DNA from: an uncultured Alphaproteobacteria bacterium
GTDB lineage: Bacteria; Pseudomonadota; Alphaproteobacteria; UBA3830; CAYLKK01
Direction of reading: 5' to 3'
Assembly (NCBI GenBank): GCA_964412505.1
Contig: CAYPOM010000002.1
Coordinates: 39,715 to 103,714, forward strand
DNA length: 64,000 bases
Made by a program: the position numbers and the translations under genes. Below, piece by piece: positions 60,760 to 64,000 of the stretch; the first letter of the stretch is position 1; each line of letters starts with the position of its first letter. The notes under the pieces were generated by a model. It worked only from the letters and a program-made list of their open reading frames with translations. It did no database searches and had not been told where the DNA came from.

Positions 60760-61848
60760 ATGTCCATAGAAAATATGATGGATAAAATTTTGAATAGATA
60801 TGAAGATTTAAAAATCATGTTAGCTGAACATGCAGGAGATTCAGATAGCTTCATAAAATTATCAAAAGAATTCGCTGATACAGAAGATTACGTTTCTGTA
60901 ATTTCTGTATATAAAAATGCATTGCAAGAAGAACAAAGTTTATCAGAAATGCTAAAAGATCCATCGTTGGACGCAGATATGAAAACATTAGCTGAAGAGG
61001 AATTAGTCGCATTAAAGAAATCTCTTCCAAAATTGAAAAGAGATGTCGAAGTGAAATTTCTACCTAAAGATGTAATGGATGAAAAAAATGCGATTATTGA
61101 AATCAGAGCTGGTACAGGAGGAGATGAAGCGGGTCTTTTCGCTGGCGATTTGCTAAGAATGTATCAAAAATACGCAGAACATAAAAAATGGAAATTTGAA
61201 CTCTTGAGCAGTAATGAAACTGGAATTGGAAGTATTAAAGAAGCTACAGCAAGTATATGTGGGAAAGGCGTATTTGCTCTTTTGAAGTTCGAATCAGGTG
61301 TACACAGGGTTCAAAGAGTTCCGGTTACAGAATCTGGAGGAAGAGTACACACATCTGCTGCTACTGTTGCAGTTCTTCCGGAAGCTGAAGAAGTTGATGT
61401 ACAACTAGATGAAAAAGACTTAAAAATTGATGTCATGCGTGCATCTGGTGCTGGAGGGCAACACGTAAACAAAACAGAAAGCGCTGTAAGAATTACGCAT
61501 ATTCCTACTGGAATTGTTGTTACACAACAAGATGAAAGGTCACAACATATGAATCGGCAAAAAGCTATGAAGATTCTCAGAGCGAGAGTGTTTGAGATAG
61601 AAAGTCAAAAAGCTGCCAATGAACGAGCGTCAGATAGAAAAAGCCAAATAGGTACTGGCGATAGATCTGAAAGAATTCGTACATACAATTTTCCACAAGG
61701 TAGAGTTACTGACCATCGTATAAACTTGACGTTATATAAAATTAGTCAAATTATGGAAGGAACTGGGCTAGATGAAATCATTACGCCTTTGGTAGAAGCG
61801 CATCAAGCTGAATTATTAGAAACGTTTTCGATAAATGAAAATAGCTAG
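60760..61848 (+). CDS. prfA: peptide chain release factor 1
   Basis: PVT tripeptide (RVPVTES) and GGQ motif (SGAGGQHVNKT). AGGAG RBS precedes the ATG at 60760. Confidence 0.97.
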   Translation: MSIENMMDKILNRYEDLKIMLAEHAGDSDSFIKLSKEFADTEDYVSVISVYKNALQEEQSLSEMLKDPSLDADMKTLAEEELVALKKSLPKLKRDVEVKFLPKDVMDEKNAIIEIRAGTGGDEAGLFAGDLLRMYQKYAEHKKWKFELLSSNETGIGSIKEATASICGKGVFALLKFESGVHRVQRVPVTESGGRVHTSAATVAVLPEAEEVDVQLDEKDLKIDVMRASGAGGQHVNKTESAVRITHIPTGIVVTQQDERSQHMNRQKAMKILRARVFEIESQKAANERASDRKSQIGTGDRSERIRTYNFPQGRVTDHRINLTLYKISQIMEGTGLDEIITPLVEAHQAELLETFSINENS

Positions 61849-62701
61849 AAATCTAGCCTTAGAAATTGCAGTAAAAATTTCTAATGACAAAATTGAAAAG
61901 GAATATAGTGTATTAATAAGAGAGCTACGCATATTGCTTGCAAATGCTTGCTGTACAACATATGAAGATATATTCTTTAATTCAGGCAAACTACTTACAA
62001 AGAATGAATTCGTTATTTTTATGTGTTTTTTACATGAGTATCTACGAAGTAAACCTATAAGTAAGATTATAAAACGCAAGTACTTTTACAATCGCAAATT
62101 TTTTGTAAATGATGAAGTTTTAGACCCTAGAGAAGACTCCGAAACGATTATCGATTTAGCGCTTTCTCTTTTCCCAAAAGAATCAGACTTATCTATACTT
62201 GATATAGGGACAGGGAGTGGATGCCTAATTGTAACGTTGCTTATAGAATTTAAAAACGCAAAAGGGCTTGGAATTGATATTAGTAAAAAAGTATTGGAAG
62301 TCGCTATCACAAATGCGAATAGTGCTTTATATAATCGCGATATAAATTTCGAGATAATTGATTTTTTGAACAATTGCGACATATTAGAGAAATTCGATCT
62401 TATTGTAAGTAATCCTCCATATATAAAATCATCTGAAATTGAAAATTTAGACTATAATGTAAAGCAATATGATCCTATCCAAGCTCTAGATGGAGGTAAA
62501 GATGGACTTATATTCTACAGAGCAATTGCACAAAAATCTGAATCATTATTACATGAAGATGGTATAGTAATTGTTGAAATTGGATACAACCAATTTGAAG
62601 ATGTTTGTAAAATCTTTGAGCAAAATAAATTTTCTCTAGTAAAGCACCAGAAAGATAACTCAGGCATAAAACGCGCATTGGCATTCAGAAAGAATGTGTG
62701 A
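61835..62701 (+). CDS. prmC: release-factor glutamine N5-methyltransferase PrmC (HemK)
   Basis: SAM motif DIGTGSGC and catalytic NPPY (VSNPPYI). It overlaps the prfA end by 14 nt, in the conserved prfA-prmC order. Confidence 0.9.
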   Translation: MKIARNLALEIAVKISNDKIEKEYSVLIRELRILLANACCTTYEDIFFNSGKLLTKNEFVIFMCFLHEYLRSKPISKIIKRKYFYNRKFFVNDEVLDPREDSETIIDLALSLFPKESDLSILDIGTGSGCLIVTLLIEFKNAKGLGIDISKKVLEVAITNANSALYNRDINFEIIDFLNNCDILEKFDLIVSNPPYIKSSEIENLDYNVKQYDPIQALDGGKDGLIFYRAIAQKSESLLHEDGIVIVEIGYNQFEDVCKIFEQNKFSLVKHQKDNSGIKRALAFRKNV

Positions 62702-62734
62702 TATAAGCAGATACAATACAAAAGTACTTTCCGG

Positions 62735-63712
62735 CTATCTAATTTTTTCCCACGCTTTTTTAAATTTTTTCTTATATGCACAATGTTCATCATGTGTATT
62801 AGAAAAATGTAAGTCTGCTGAATCTGGATTACTAGCAAAATAAAAATAAGAAGATTTAATTGGATTAGTGACTGCTTCTATATCTATAATTGATGGCGAA
62901 CATATTGGTTTAGGAGGCAAGCCTACATTTTTATATGTGTTTCCAGGAATATCGACAAACCTGTCATTAAGTTTTAAATGGCGTATCCCCTCAAAAGTTC
63001 CATTAGTCATATGATATATTGATACTGCACATGATTGTAATCTCATACCGGTTCTTAATCTATTTAAAAAAACACTAGCTACAAATTTTATATCGTCTAT
63101 TTTCATAGCTTCTCTCGCTATAATAGAAGCTAAGCATATAGCTTCTTCTGCGTTATTTAGTATACATCCACTTGTCCTAGATTCCCATAGATCATTTAAT
63201 ATTTGTTGTTTACTCTTTTTCATTTGCAATATGATGTCGTTTTTTGTAGTAGGATGAACAAATTCATATTTACCAGCTAAAATATCACCTTCAGATAAAT
63301 CAACTGTTATTTCTCCCAGCAAGTCATTTCGCTTATTCAGCATATCTACAATACTAACCTTAGTTTGCCCCCTAAATATTACTATATTGTGGACAATAAC
63401 ATCTCCTGAACATAACTTTTTAATTGCCTCTAATAAAGTATATTTTTTCGCTATCTTATATTCACCTGGAGCTAACCTATATCCGATTAATTTTAAATAT
63501 TCTATTGCGATTCTTGCATAAATTGAACTTTTCGCTATCCCAACTTTTTCTAATCCAATACATATATCACTTGATGTCTCATTGTTTGTCACAATAACCT
63601 TAGTAGAATAACTCTTCTCTTGCTGCCTAGTAATTTCATAACAACAATCAATCAAAAATCCAGAGGATAACAATAGAGATATTGATAATATCCCAAATGT
63701 ATAATTTTTCAT
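62735..63712 (-). CDS. mltG: endolytic murein transglycosylase MltG (YceG family)
   Basis: N-terminal TM anchor, and YceG-like blocks LASIIAREA and FLNRLRTGMRLQS. 325 aa. Confidence 0.85.
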   Translation of the reverse strand: MKNYTFGILSISLLLSSGFLIDCCYEITRQQEKSYSTKVIVTNNETSSDICIGLEKVGIAKSSIYARIAIEYLKLIGYRLAPGEYKIAKKYTLLEAIKKLCSGDVIVHNIVIFRGQTKVSIVDMLNKRNDLLGEITVDLSEGDILAGKYEFVHPTTKNDIILQMKKSKQQILNDLWESRTSGCILNNAEEAICLASIIAREAMKIDDIKFVASVFLNRLRTGMRLQSCAVSIYHMTNGTFEGIRHLKLNDRFVDIPGNTYKNVGLPPKPICSPSIIDIEAVTNPIKSSYFYFASNPDSADLHFSNTHDEHCAYKKKFKKAWEKIR

Positions 63713-64000
63713 TTAGTTATACACCTTAATTTTCGTTAGCGCTTTTATTTTTAACCTGTTTATATAACCAGGCGTATACTTTTCTATATAACTTTTTTGT
63801 TTAACATTTGCACCTGGGTAAATTGTTTTATCATCTATTAAATCCTTCTTCACATATTTTCTAGATGATATTGTGCAAGTTGCTCTACTAGTTGAATTTG
63901 CTATAATTGCATTAATCTTAGGTGAAAGTAGGAACTTTAAAAACAAAGTAGCATTTTTAATGTGCTTTGATGTTTTTGGAATTGCACAAACATCAATCCA
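63713..64000 (-). CDS. C-terminal part of a PotD/PotF-like polyamine ABC substrate-binding protein (5' end lies beyond the window)
   Basis: The reading frame stays open to the window edge. ...WIDVCAIPKTSKHIKNATLFLKFLLSPKINAIIA....DDKTIYPG resembles the PotD C-terminal region (AIPxxAKNxxxAxxFINFLLxPxxAA...YP). Confidence 0.5.
   Translation of the reverse strand, partial: WIDVCAIPKTSKHIKNATLFLKFLLSPKINAIIANSTSRATCTISSRKYVKKDLIDDKTIYPGANVKQKSYIEKYTPGYINRLKIKALTKIKVYN

Overview
This is an AT-rich, gene-dense chromosomal segment read in the standard genetic code, with about 60 CDS and mostly short or overlapping gene junctions. Several local gene orders point to an alphaproteobacterium: cpoB/ybgF-tilS-ftsH, leuS-lptE, DUF374-waaA and tolC followed by a DUF2497/PopZ-like gene. 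The DUF1058, DUF2155 and TIGR02300 families point the same way. The composition and compactness suggest a host-associated Rickettsiales/Holosporales-like lineage, but that is inference, not a database result.

Most of the window is housekeeping:
- Proteostasis: ftsH, lon, hsp20, ctpA.
- Translation: leuS, aspS, prfA, prfB, prmC, tilS, map.
- Replication and transcription: gyrB, dnaQ, greA, nusB.
- Fe-S assembly: iscS, iscU.
- Envelope: waaA, lptE, uppP, PBP1A, mltG, mlaA, tolC, and an RND efflux operon.

prfB carries the canonical programmed +1 frameshift site. I found no rRNA, tRNA, CRISPR array, intact mobile element, or recognisable defence or toxin-antitoxin system by eye.

I did not find a convincing new multi-gene system. 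The least-explained elements are:
1. A translationally coupled pair at 18315..19426: a secreted Ig/MSP-like protein plus an orphan prepilin-type protein, with no pilus or T2SS machinery nearby.
2. A 621-aa Cys-rich orphan protein with a signal-like N-terminus (7680..9545).
3. An accessory-looking block between aspS and radC (28.8-37 kb). It holds an orphan solute-binding protein, a signal-peptide-bearing cyclase/KynB-family protein whose metal-binding motif looks degenerate, a KimA-like transporter preceded by a periodic TGCAT array, and an acetoacetyl-CoA synthetase.
4. A minimal stand-alone GGDEF protein (15265..15870).

All functional calls come from motif and family recognition by eye and need HMM or structure searches to confirm.
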